Made by a program: the position numbers and the translations under genes | DNA from: Mizuhopecten yessoensis | Taxonomy: Eukaryota | Direction of reading: 5' to 3' | NCBI RefSeq assembly: GCF_002113885.1 | Contig: NW_018480008.1 | Coordinates: forward strand, 1 to 64,000 | Length of the DNA stretch: 64,000 bases | The notes under the pieces: model-generated | Told to the model about the DNA's origin: nothing | The model's database searches: none | Seen by the model: only the letters and a program-made list of their open reading frames with translations | Shown here: piece after piece, positions 25,455 to 39,500 of the stretch | How positions within the stretch are numbered: the first letter of the stretch is position 1 | Layout of the letters: the number at the start of each line of letters is the position of its first letter

Positions 25455-28400
25455 ATGGCTAAATGTTCATTCCGACAATTTACCTTTCTGTTGTTTAATT
25501 TCTTGTTTTTGGTAAGTATATTGCTTTACGTGAAGTCTTTAATATAAAGAAAAGTTAACTAAATAACCGCTCAAATGTAAAAATAATATCAAAGTACCAG
25601 AATAACTTTTATTATGTCATCGTATCGTCATAGCATTGCCGACGGCATAGAACAAAAAATACAGCTGAGAATAATCGTGCCCATCAAATGTATTTGGACG
25701 ATGCCTCTGTATCAGTGTCTAGTATGTTGACATCAGTATAAAGTATTTCATTTTATGTTTACTGTTACAGTGCCTTGGTCTGGGACTGGTAGGATTCGTG
25801 GTCTGGACCTTAGCGACCATTCCTGCTGCCAACGAATTCATATCTGGTACACATGTAAGTCTACAGTATAGCTAGTATACGATATGTTGTTACGTAATTC
25901 CCTTTGTGTTGTTGATCAGGTACATTTATTTATTTTTATTTTACATGGATATTGCTGTGATGATATATATGACGGGAGACATTTGGCCTATGGTCAAACT
26001 ATTGTAGATACATATGACGTCATTTCATTTTTTGATACAATAATATCCCATATCAAAACATTGATCAATTCAATTTGCAAATGTGTTATCGAGATTTGGT
26101 ATGTAAAGCAGAAAACTAATCTCTCTGGTTTACCTGAACACAGCTCTGTGTAAAAATATAGTAATAGAACAATGTGTGTCCATTGTTTCTTAGAAATGAA
26201 TCTAATGTAGGTAAAGTCATCAACAACTTACACAGTCAACGTATCAAATGCTCACTCAGTCTTTTACGTCCCGTGGACATAATCACAACACAGAAACAAT
26301 TATCTGATGTTGTGTTATCTATAAGTATTTCCACGCTGAAATGTGATATTTTTGTGATAATTTGTATTGTACCTGATGTAATGACCAAACATGTTGATTT
26401 TTTGAAATGTCTTGATATTCTTTAACAAATGAAAATAATGTTCATAAATGTTCTGAATATCAGTTCTTCTCCAAATGTGAATTACATATAAATAAGTAAT
26501 TATGTAGCTATATACTTTAAAGAAGGAGTGGAATGATATAATAAAACCAGTATCCTATAGTTTTCTTTCCTCAATATGAAATATCATTCTAACAATCTGC
26601 AATGATTCGGGTGTTCATGGATTAAAACGTTTACTTGAAACAATATTTTCATTTTATAGAGACAAAAGACACACTGTGAAAAATTAACTTAAAATATCTA
26701 TGACGCGTCTAACTGAGTTACATTTTTGAGGCATTCTTTCCTTTAAATCGATGCTGAATTGTTCTCAGTTTATGACTTATGGTTGGTATATATGAAACGT
26801 AAATTAATTCATCGATTCCTTAACGACTTACTCTCAAATCTAACCTCCATTATATTAAATTACACATAATTTAAATCTAGCATAGTTTCATTTTAGTAGA
26901 AGTTTGGTAGTATATTTCGATTTTTTTATTGTAGGTAATCACTTTAACAAGCTTTTGTCTCGGTTTTGTGATCGTCATTATCGGTAAGTGTATGAGGTAT
27001 CCTAATTTCGCCATACCTTGTTCATTTTCACCACATCTGACATATTTGTACGATATCTGGCACATCTTTGGTAATTATAACTAATTTGATATTTCATCCA
27101 TATTGTTAAAAGCATCTTAGGTCGTCAGCTACATCATATTTAACCGTATTGCAGACATCGTGACAGGTGACACAAGCGGTACAAGGAAAGGCCTACACGA
27201 ACAATATACGCACTTGGTTTTCCTTTTACGATTTAATTATCGTCTCAAGAGTTCATGAATCTTTGTTTTTGTATGTTTTACAGTTCACGTTTTAGCTATA
27301 CATAATAAACTTTGCTTAGGTAGGATTTTATTAATGTCATAATATAGACACAGGTATTAATATCACGTTTGATAACAGGAGGTATCGGCTGTGCTGCGGG
27401 TTTCTGCAAGGGATTATGTATGCTGAAAACGGTGAGCATGCAGAATATGTCCAGGTCAAATAATCTTATAAAGTAAGAACATACAGTAAACAAATGTTCT
27501 AAGTTCTCTCTTTTTTTGCATGTTACATTCTATGATACACTCTATGTTGCGAACTAATCAATTCCCTAGTTTGACTTCACGTACGACTTTCTCTAGCTAT
27601 AGTCTAATGGCGATCCTTTTGATATGTTTTGTCCGCTATACTTTCTTACACGTACACTGCCTGAACCAACAAATTTCGTATCAGGTCGTTCATATCTTCC
27701 CCTGTTAAATTTACATGTGTCATGATGTCTTCCATTATAATAATATCAGGCTATGTTGCGGTCTGTATTGTGTATTTATCCTTGCGCTATTTACTTGTTA
27801 TCTTGTGTTTACAGTACGTGGGACTTATGGTTACCCTGCTGTTCCTGGAACTTGGTCTTGTGTTCTTCATATATTCTGAACAATCACAGGTAATTTAATC
27901 AAGTATCAAATATGACGTTCAAAGTTTACAACAATATTGTAAACCGTAGTATTTGTGCTTCGCCATATTATCCTCTTTTTAACTTTTTAAAACTATGGCC
28001 GCTGTTGAATTTTATCATACTTCATACTTACTAGCACTGCTAACTTTGTATTCAATATTTTATCCGTGTATGTTTCGTCGATTCATTGAAAGGCAAAGAG
28101 AGATGAAAATAAAACAAAGACGCAAATGGCCTGTTACACCATCAACTGAATGAATCGCCCCTTCATCAGGCCATGCCAGCAACCAAATGTACAGTCACGC
28201 CAGGTTTTAGTACTTTTTCAGACAACATTTTATATACTGTTTTAAACGGATGGAATTTTCCAAAATATTTGCCATCCTTGTATACGAATTGAAACAATGT
28301 ATGCTTTCTGTTACCTCTGTGTTCTCTGTTTACCAGATACCAAGCGTCATGGTCGACTCCTGGGATGGACTCAACACAGACACACAGTATCAGATTCAGA

Positions 28401-31400
28401 CCGAGGTAACTTTGTATGTAATAAATGGAATCCCAAACATGCTCTATGATGTTTTGGACTATCTGTAATATAAATATGGCACTGTTGTGACAACTCAGTC
28501 ACCTGAAATAGAAACATCAGTCAAATTGATGTGCAAGCTGTTGGATTGGATGTCTTTTGTTTCTTGCCAGTTATTTAGACGTTTCCCCTGTCGTAAATTT
28601 GTTATTTTGTCGTGAACAATAACATAAATATCCTTTTGATTTATATCAGTTCATATAGAAAATAGTGTTAAATTGATAAATATGCACAAATAAAAAACAT
28701 GATATTAAGTCTTAAACGAAACATTATCAATAATTATTATTGGATTGAATGTCAATCATAATCATGGGTACGTTACAGCTGGAATATAAGTGTGGCACAT
28801 TGAAATTTGGGAAAACGTGGTATATTGGTAATGTATGTTGCTTACTAACAATTTGAATAACGTGGTACAATGACGGTGTATGTAGCTATAATACAGTTAC
28901 AATGTTGTATAATGCAAATGCATATTCTCTATGGTTATATTACAGTTGAAGTGTTGTGGTATACAGAACTACACAGAGTACGGAACGGACGTGGAATCCT
29001 ACCCATCTAGTTGCTTTGTTGTGTATGACGTCACAGGCATCATCGAAAAAACAGTCGATAATCTCTTTACAGTTAGTTCGGCATTGAAAACTATCTTTTA
29101 GCTGCAAATTTGATTTTTTGAATTAAACATTTAACTCATGTCCCCAGTGAAAAAAATCAACATCAAAGGAGAAGAGAGCATACGCATTACTACATCCTTC
29201 ATTGTTACGATAAATCTATTACGTCGACATTATTTATGTCAGTGTCTTGTTTAGTTCGCGGTAGGTTAGTGATATGTATCTTATCATGGATGCGTCGATA
29301 GCCTACTATGGAGTATTTTCAAGCTCCTAATAATTTCGACAGTATCTTTCCTGTGATTTTTGGGTAAAAAAATAATTGTTTTTCGAAGAAAAGTTCGTTA
29401 AAAGTAGTTTTTGTATTAATGAACAATTGACATTATTCATATGTAATAATTGTTACTTAGTGTGAATTGTTTATTGACCTTATTTTGTACCACTACTCGC
29501 CTGTTATGTAGGGAATATATCACTGTAACTCTTTCTTAAATGTGATAAGCGACATCCCTAAGTAAGATATCACTTTTCATTTGTGACGTCACTATTAGAA
29601 CAATTGAAATGCAATATGGCGATAACAAATAAAAGTTAATGGCTACAACAAAAGTTAATTTTGAAACACATTGACTTTTCGATAATGTGATATCGTAAAT
29701 AATTATTGATATTTTCAATACAAGATTTTCTTATACTAAATACTTTTTGTTATAGAATCGTTTGCATGAAAAAATCTTAACTGGCTACAAAATTTCATAT
29801 GAAACAGAAACTCATTTACCATCCTATATATTTATTCACAAATTTGATGTCAACATTTCAATGCACATTGGTCACTATAATATCGTCGTTGTCCTTCAGA
29901 TGAGCTGTCTGACTCAAATGCAGACCTGGTTGAATGACCACATCCCAATATGGTCCTCTGTCATCCTGGTCATTGCTGTGATAGAGGTGGGTAGTGTCAG
30001 CTAAGAACGACTGATGTTTGCTCACAGCTTATCACTTACCTTTGTTCTATTTCATAGTTTGATTGTGGTAAATTGGGGGGATACTGGCTTCTTTAGATAA
30101 TATCAAATTTATTTCTTATACTCCTGGTGACGAAATGTTACAAGATACAATATATATATATCGTCGTTTATGTTTACATGTAAATAAAAGCATAAGAACT
30201 TTATAAAAATACGTTTCATCGTCTAGATGGTATAGTCACATTTGGAGGTCAAAGTTCGATACCAACTTGACAGTTGATAGCTTAATATAATATCTAGACA
30301 GGCGATAGATAATCTATTTTAAACAACATTTTACCATCATAATAGAGAGTGTATACAAGTTATGAATTTATACGATATCAATCATTGATCAACACCACGT
30401 ATGTCTGCAAATAAACCATACGTTAGTACTAATATATACTGTATAACTTGGACGTCTAGAAAGTGATTTAAATGAATTTTAATTGCATCACTTTGGAATA
30501 AAATATGGCAAACAGGCATGTCTTGCAAGACATAATTACATCAATTAAAATAATCATGTTCCTTTTCATTTACAGTCCTTGGGTGGTCTCACTTCCTGTA
30601 TATTCCTACAAAGAGTTCAAAAGAAGCTGAAAGTCAAACCTAATGAGGATGATGACACACAAAATATAGACAAGAAAATGGTGGTCATGGAGACAGGCTC
30701 GTCAAAAGAAAAAGACTTTGTTGATACGGAACATGAAAAAGATGACAAGGGAATAAATGTTCCTGGTTTGATAATTGTGTCCCCAGCCTCAGGACAGGAT
30801 ATAAAAGATAATGCTTATAACGATTACCTCAACGAGAAAAACGATGATTCATCATCAACCAAGACTAACAACGAGGTCAAAGACGAGAATAAATTTGATA
30901 CTGCTTCAAATCCTAGTGCGGAAGGATCGTCGCTATTACTGATTGCTTCTATTTCAGATGAAGAAAAATACATTGAAAAAAGTAAGGATGGTGTGCCTGA
31001 GGATGAGGTTGAGACAATAGTTCTGACACAAATCGGTCAAAGTGACATAACGAACGATAGTAAAGATGAAAAGGAAGACTACGTTTCTAATAATAGTGCT
31101 TCAAATCAGTCTTCTCTTCTGGTCGAGTCTGTAACCAAGGACGAGGCTGTTGTTACGATGCCAACTACGACTGCGCCCGTTCCAGACGAAGTGGAAACAA
31201 TAACCTTAGATCAAATGACACCCTATGATGACAATGACGACAACAATGATCACAAAAACGATGACACCACGTCTAACCGCAGTGGATCTGATCATACAAT
31301 GCCACAGGACGCATGTGCTCTAAACAGAGAAACATATGCCGACAAGGAGCCCGATGCTTTCGAGGAAACCGATGACATCGAAACAGTAGCTCTGACACAA

Positions 31401-31433
31401 GATACTAACTTTGATGTGAAGGGAAATAGATAG
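25455..31433 (+). CDS. Tetraspanin family protein, paralog A (485 aa, ~270-aa acidic C-terminal tail)
   Basis: Nine GT-AG exons in one continuous frame: 25455-25511, 25771-25854, 26935-26983, 27379-27431, 27815-27889, 28337-28405, 28946-29071, 29900-29986, 30576-31433. Hallmarks: TM1 FLLFNFLFLCLGLGLVGF; TM2 ..IIGGIGC; TM3 YVGLMVTLLFLELG with polar E; large loop with IQTELKCCG, PSSC and a final C (MSCL); TM4 ..VIAVIESLGGLTSCIFL. Confidence 0.93.
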
Positions 31434-32140
31434 GGCGAAGAAGACGACAATAATACTTCAAATTAAAGTACATCTGTGTACATCGATAACTTCTCGATAA
31501 CGGTCGCCTCTGTGTCATTATCAAAAGCGAACTTTTAAACGACCATTTACATTCTCTTGTACAAGATGAAGAAAACACCATAGTTTTGGATCTGACAACA
31601 GTCATCTAGTTGTAGGGAGGAAAACAAAGATGAAAACGACGGGGACATTATTTCTACGTGGTATTTCATCTTACCCTTCTTTGTGACTGGTCGTATCTTT
31701 CCAAATATTGATATCGGGGTGAAGGATTATGTTGTTGACAATGATGTTGGGACAGTAGCCTTCTCAATCAACATCTTCCTATGATAAAAAGAATGATAAT
31801 AAAGATAACGTCATATTCAATCAAAACACATCCCGTGATTTGATGATTGTCGCCTCTGTGTCACATTCTGATACGTTTGCTTAAAATGACCCATGTGATT
31901 ATGCTGATATGAGAAAAGATGAAACAAAGAAATACATTAATTTCCTCACAGTGCTTCAGACAGGTTTAAGATTCTTCTTGCTTCTTGGTCAGAGGCAGGG
32001 GCGTCTACTGAACACGGAATTTCTAACTTCAAGAAATACTTATGACAACAGTGCGACAATACTTCTACCGAAAATTGTGGAAAGCGATATGCAAAGCCAT
32101 GGTTAAGGTGATAAGTGATACAATTTCTAGACTTTAAATT
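31434..32140 (+). pseudogene. Decayed continuation of the acidic repeat tail in the 3' UTR of paralog A
   Basis: After the TAG the frame reads GEEDDNNTSN*STS. Later fragments EENKDENDGDIIS, PSL*LVVS, VVDNDVGTVA and NQNTSRDLMIVASVSHSD match tail modules of paralog B. AATAAA at 32170-32175. Confidence 0.75.
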
Positions 32141-32509
32141 CTCTGCGACTGAGGGAGAATAATTCCATTAATAAAAAGAAATTGCATATTTATTCATTTA
32201 GGCAAGAAACTGTGAATACAGTTTTTTTTTTAATTGTATACTCTCAGGGATTTTCCGTCTTTGTACATTTAATAAAAAAAAATTATGGTAGTTTTGTTCG
32301 TCTGTTATATTTTTATAAACGCTCTCAAGAGAGTGTAATGATGGTGTTCTTTCTGTTTGCATAGTTTGTCGGATAGAAGGCCTTTATTCCAAGTTAAAAA
32401 TTAGCTTCACCATAGTCATACTATGCGAAATCGGTTTCAACGACATCACCTTAGCTGAGGGATTTATAAATTATATAGAATCCAGATAATTTTATAAATA
32501 TAAAATTGT

Positions 32510-33260
32510 TAAAAGTAGCGTCAAGGCTATTATAATAATATCAAGGTCATATAAATAGTTTCAAAATTATAAAAATAATATCAAAGTTATTACAGTATTA
32601 GTTATATCCAGGTCATTAAAGTAAGGTCAAAGTTATTATTTAGGTTTCAAGGTTTTAAAATAGCATCAAGGTCATTAAAGTAGTGTCAAGATTTTTAAAT
32701 AATATCGAGGACATGAAAATAATGTAAAGATTATTATAATAGTATAAATTTCAATTAAATAGTATCAATGTTATTATATAAGTATCTAGGTAATTGAAAC
32801 TGTTTTAAGGCTATTGTATTAGTATGAAGTATCACAGTTATTATGCTAGTTTAAATGTTAGTATAGTGACATCAAGATTATTATTGTAGCTCAAGGTTAT
32901 TATGATATTATCATTGTGTATTATAGAAGTACCATTATGAAAGTGTCAAGATTATTATATATTGTCAAGGTTACATAAATAATGTAAGGTTATTATAATT
33001 GTGTCGAAACTATTTCAAAATTTCAAAGTATTGGTACTACGATTTATGTAATATTTATTATAATAAAAGCGTCATGGGTATTATGTGTCAAATTATTTTA
33101 TCAATATCAACGTTATCGTTTATTTGTCAAAATGATACATTTCATCATTGTCCAGATTATTAAAGATTGTTCAAGATGTTTTATCAAGTGTCATGTTATA
33201 ACATAACTGTCATGGTTATTATAATAAAGTCATTGCTATCATATTTGTGTTTTTTATGAT
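32510..33260. repeat. Highly degenerate ~21-bp AT-rich tandem repeat
   Basis: tcaaggttattataatagt(g/a)-like units recur. Confidence 0.65.
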
Positions 33261-34054
33261 AATACCAAACGTATCATAATAGTGGGATCCGCATGACGAA
33301 ACAAGAAAAGATTTTACGTCAGTTCTAATTGTTTGGATATAACAGAAGCCTGGAAACGTTGCTTTCCCCGACTTGCTGTATTTACTATATGTTTCGTACC
33401 TTTACCCTGTAGTACAGCTCGGAACTTAACGGCCATATAGTGCAGTAAATATTTATTTGTAGCTTTCTGTATGACTTCCCTAAATAATTAAACAGACACT
33501 TTCTTACATCATATCTCTAACAATTATTTTAGTGAGGGCGCACAGCGTAATGTGCGTAACAATGCCGTTTAAAATCCAAGATCATGAAATTTAGAGAGAA
33601 AATGTTTTTATTATATACTTCCTTGCTAGGTATGTCTGACGATTATTATGAGTCACGGGGGCGTTGAAAGTCAGCAAGTGGACAATCAGCCCACGAAGGT
33701 GACCTTAACCTTGTAGTTTGTATAGAGCTGGGCATGGTTTACATGTAATATTAACCTTTCCTGTGTTTGTTGTTGATAGTTTTAATTTCCTTGTTTCTTA
33801 ATCACCACGATTATCAGAGTCCAAAATAGACAAAATGGCTATCTTATACAGCGACAAGTGTTTCCTTGTTTTGGCTTTATATATCAACTTACACTAGATC
33901 TTTAAAAGTGAGCTTCCGTATCTCGTATCTCTCGTGGAAGCATTTTGTGAAAGCGCACAAATGTTTGTACAAGATTATGACTTTTCTAGTCAAAAAACAG
34001 TATAATTGAAAATGAATGATGAAACCCTTATATTTACATATTTCATTTTGAAAC

Positions 34055-35100
34055 CAACTGATCTGATGTCACCATCATGTCGACCGTTCTGACGTTACTA
34101 TCATTTCGACCAATCTGATGTCACTATCATGTCGACCAATCTGATGTCACTATCATGTTGACGGTTCTGATGTTTTATCATGTCGACCGTTCTGATGTCT
34201 CTATCATGTCGACCGGTCCGATGTCACTATCATGTCGACCGTTCTGATGTTATTATCATGTCGACCGTTCTGATGTCACTATCATGTCGACCAATCTGAT
34301 GTCACTATCATGTTGACCGTTCTGATGTTTTATCATGTCGACCGTTCTGATGTCACTATCATGTCGACCGTTCTGATGTTATTATCATGTCGACCGTTCT
34401 GATATGTCACTATCATGTCGACCAATCTGATGTCACTATCATGTCGACCGTGCTGATGTTACTATCATTTCGACCAATCTGATGTCACTATCATGTCGAC
34501 TGTTCTGATGTCATTATCATGTCGACCGTTCTGATGTCACTATCATGTCGACCAATCTGATGTCACTATCATGTCAACAGTTCTGATGTCACTATCATGT
34601 CGACCAATCTGATGTCACTATCATGTCAACAGTTCTGATGTCACTATCATGTCGACCAATCTGATGTCACTATCATGTCGACCGTTCTGATGTCACTATA
34701 ATGTCGACCAATCTGAGGTCATTATCATGTCGACCGTTCTGATGTCACTATCATGTCGACCAATCTGATGTCACTATCATGTCGACCGTTCTGATGTCAC
34801 TATCATGTCGACCAATCTGATGTCACTATCATGTCGACCGTTCTGATGTCACTATCATGTCGACCAATCTGATGTCACTATCATGTCGACCGTTCTGATG
34901 TCACTATCATGTCGACCAATCTGATGTCACTATCATGTCGACCGTTCTGATGTCACTATCATGTCGACCAATCTGATGTCACTATCATGTCGACCGTTCT
35001 GATGTCACTATCATGTCGACCAATCTGATGTCACTATATGTCTACTGTCCGTAGTCACTATTATGTAGACTGTTCCACTGTCACTATCCTGTCGACGTTT
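34055..35100. repeat. 26-bp satellite (52-bp dimer) between the tetraspanin paralogs
   Basis: ctgatgtcactatcatgtcgaccgtt alternates with ctgatgtcactatcatgtcgaccaat, ~40 units. Confidence 0.97.
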
Positions 35101-36235
35101 CTAAAAGAAAAATGATTTGTTGACGTTGTACACATGTTTTTAGTTTACGTGAACATAAAACAAGGCTTTTTCATTAACAGATTTGATTTCCGACCGAGAA
35201 AGTAAAATATTTAATGAATGAAGGCGTTAAGTTTGTTTACAAATATAGTGGATTGAAAGACGATCCTTTATAAAGTCAGTACATTGCATTTCATGAGCAT
35301 ATACAGCGTCCGATTCATTGACACATGTGACTGATAGGAACACGAATGTAGCTAGAACTACTTACAACACGTGAGACATTGTGTGCGTATGGTATCACTG
35401 CAATAGAAATAATTAGATCAATCAAAAATAGAATAAAGAGAAATTATTTAGTGTCCACGTGATTTATTGATGTCAAATATGTTTATATTAAATAAACTTT
35501 TACTGCAAATGATATTACTATGCACAGATTTGATGATGACAACATGGGCATCTATAATGTGTAGGCAAGTCAGTTTAGACAATCTACAACAGTGTACGTT
35601 AACATTTGATAAATGTATAATTCCCAAGTACATTGTTTGTGTTATATAATAACATCATGGCCGAACTTATATTTGATTATTAAATGTATGTATGTAAGAC
35701 TTTTAATCAATATGAAAAGATAAATTATTGACGAGGACAGCTTATATAAGTATGGACTTATATCTATGGTAAATTATTTAATTTAATGAATCAATTTGGT
35801 ATATTATACTCTGAGGTGCAATGGGTTAAGTAGAGGATTCATAAACTGCCTCATTTTGACATCACTACATGCTATTTTCGAAACATTTGTTTATAACTAT
35901 GGTGCATTGTTTACCCCCGCATATCACAGAATCCGGTCACCAAGGTGACCTTAATTTCAAGTCTTACCATGACGGCATAACTAAAAGGTGTAATAATACA
36001 AAAAATAAAACTTATCGGGGATCACCATCAGAAGGCCAACACTGGAGCCCATCCTTTTATCTGTGATATACCACTAGTACTATAAGGGTATTGCACTATT
36101 CACATATTTCTAGTTAATATATATACCTACACATATTTTTTTTAAACTGTAGCAATACATGGAGTATATATGTATTAAATCTGTATCAAGTATGTATCCA
36201 TCCATAATATTTTGCACATGTAAACATACAATGGA

Positions 36236-36425
36236 CATGACTAATTCGGATCACTAAGGGATACCGCCGTTAAATATATATCGAACTATTTAATCCATCA
36301 GTCCTTCTCTGTATTATCCTCCCAATTAGCGGGTCAGGACCTCTGGTACCCGCCCGTGATATTTGATTTACCTATTAAAGTACTAAGTTTAAATCATTGT
36401 TCTCATAACCACACAAACGTGCAAT
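36236..36425 (+). promoter_or_regulatory. Conserved upstream block of tetraspanin B (putative promoter)
   Basis: Paralogous to 25104-25290 and at the same ~350-bp distance from the ATG. TAATCC at 36291-36296. Confidence 0.7.
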
Positions 36426-36588
36426 GCCCACGTATGGCAGAAACATGTATCTACTTTTATCTTAAACGCCACAACGTTATTCAACTATTGTAGATTTTAC
36501 ATTTAATCAGAACCAAAGATGTGAAACCAAAGAGGGCAAATACACTGTTGTGATCTGTGACCGCCTGGAATTTATTGTACGCGAAAAA

Positions 36589-39500
36589 ATGGCTAAATGT
36601 TCATCTAGACAATTTCTCTTTCTGCTGTTTAATTTCCTATTTCTGGTAAGTACACAGCTTTGCATAAACCTGTCATGTAAAAACTAAATCTTTACCCTCA
36701 TTTTTATAAAGTTTCGAAGGAACGATCCTCGCATTGTGATATAAACATACACCGATGTCTTTAATTGAATCCTTTTAACAAGTTCTTTACCACATTACAT
36801 GGTAGAGAACAATGTTATATTTCAAATAGAATGTTGCAATGTAAACTCATACGTCTTAATAAATTGTTTAAATATTATTTAATAATTCCCCCTGTGTACT
36901 AACTGGAGATAACCAAAAGTTGTTTTCACTAATAGTAATATACTAACACTGTAGCATTTTTTTTATTTGAATGATTATTTTAAGAGATAAACATCTCGAT
37001 AATATACCTTAGTCAATTAATTATGTTAAATTTACAGGGTTGTTGTTGTTCAATATTCTAGATGTCAACAGCTATCTTTGTGGTCGAGGATAAGTTGAAA
37101 TGCTAATCCTAATCACGTCTAAATCTGTCCTTACTGTTACAGTGCCTTGGTCTGGGACTGGTAGGATTCGTGGCCTGGACCTTAGCGACCATTCCTACAG
37201 CCAACGAATTCATATCTGGTACACATGTAAGTAAATACAAGCTATAATCATATGTATGTATGTGTGTAGTAAGATATACAGATATGCGTAATTTGTTAAA
37301 TATGTATATTTATTGTACTGGAAACATTTTGAACTTCTGTTACGCATGATACTATTAATTGTTATAACTTCGCAGGTTAAAAAATGTGTGGTTCCAAGAA
37401 AACAACATATCAGCTCGCAATAAATTATCCGGGACTCCTTACAATGCAACCAGATTCATATCAAATTAATAATAACATTGTCTTTCACTAGGAATTTATT
37501 TCATGATAATTCGTTGTACTGGTAATATCAGATATGCATTTTGTCAAACTATAGGACTGTAGGGTGTGGGTAAGAATTATAGGGCCGGTAGAGGTGTCTC
37601 CTAATAGTCTTGAAGAACCCCTGATGCCTTTGTCTGTGTAGACATAATTTATTAGCCAATAGTTATATTCGATTAAACCTGATTGAGCATCTTCCATCTG
37701 GTTACGCACTGATGCAGCTTGTAGAGAACTTGATTAGGTAGCAATACCGATACATGTTTAAACCCCTTTCACATACGTCGCACAACACAACAGGTAAACG
37801 ACAGAAAACTGTGGGAACACATCATGCCGTAGTAGACCATTTTCAGAGAGTTCTGAACACGCTCAAAACGTTTTCGAGTTATATAATTTAATTCTCGACT
37901 CCGTGCTCATTTCGTAGGTCCGTTTTGCAGTGTCCTATAGCTGTGTCACGATAGACCTAGGTATTTAGTACGATTTTTGGGTCATATTAGACCCTCAGAA
38001 TCGTATGAATTTCGAACAATAGTTCTACTATTGTCTCACTTTAAACCAACAACAATTCTACGAATATACTATCTTTGTTCTCCCTTTCTGCTACTGGCCT
38101 AGGATATGAGCAAGCAATAGTCGTGTAAAATCGTACGATTGTTGTAAGAAAACCTATCATCGCAGGGTGTTGTACAAAGGATTTTATACGCTCGCGAGTT
38201 AGAGCGACTAATGTTAAAATGCCGTCCATCTGTCCGTTAACACTTTCTGATATCAAGTTAGTAATTTTATTAAAAAACATTTTAACATTCAAGTTTTATT
38301 TATGTTCTAATGCCCTTTTGATTATTTTATATTAAATTGAAAATAATTAAATTAGTGAACTGACAATGGGGTAAATGAATATCATACGAAAACAAAATTC
38401 GATCTGTTTAGACCAGGGCCCAGGTGTTCAAACGGTGATTAGCTTAATAACTGTTTGACGACATATTTCAGTCTCTAATAATTTTGACAATATGCAAGGT
38501 AAAATCTCAATTTTTGCATGCTTTTTTATTGTGCTAACATATTTGCAATAAAGAAAGTTTTAACCAAGTTATAGCTGTAGTTAAAGATACAATGTAAGAA
38601 AGAAAAAAAAAAATTCCAAAATTTGAGCTAATCACTGACAAAGATAATCACCTTTTGAACAATGTGACCCAGGTTGTTAGATACTGACTCTGATTTGGAG
38701 GCATAGAAAGTATGGGAAATTTTATCAATATTAAAATAATTTATTGTGAGTGGCTCCAAACAATAACTTTTACAACATTCAAGATAAAAAAATAAATAAG
38801 GAAGCAAATACAGTTTGGACTGAGACTTTTGATGTTTGGGATGCTATACTGTTTATGCACTTCGTTTTAAGATATACTAACAGAACCCTGTAATTAACAG
38901 CGAACAAAGGGACAGATGCCGTCGTTATAGAATACGAATTTAAAAATTAAACTGAGTCTATTAAATTGTCATACAAACATGACAATAAGGGAAAAATCGT
39001 ACAAATTCACTGTTCATACTTGCGTCGTGTAAACATAATCAAGTTAATGTGCTAAATAATGTTGCATTCTCTATAGCAGGTTATCTCCCCTATATCATCA
39101 GTGTGTAAGATGGAAACCGGGGACATGGAGTTAACTATTTTATTTTGTGTTGTAGGTAGTCACTTTGACCAGCTTTTGTCTCGGGTTTGTGATCATTATC
39201 ATAGGTAAGTGTTTACTTAGGATACTGTTTGACGCGTGAATTTGTTCCTTCAATACTTCCACATTCATATATGCAATAGAACACACATATACTCATGTAA
39301 CGTACACTAATGTCATATGTTTCGGAGTAAAAAATAAGATAGACCAGACGAGGGACCGCCTACTTCGCAAAAAGAAAGAATGAATTTTCATTGTTTTGTT
39401 GCTATGGATACGTTTTGCATGTTTACTGACGAACTCCTTAATTGATTTTGAGGTATTTTTCATGATAGCAATTTGTATATTACTTTGTCCTGATAACAGG

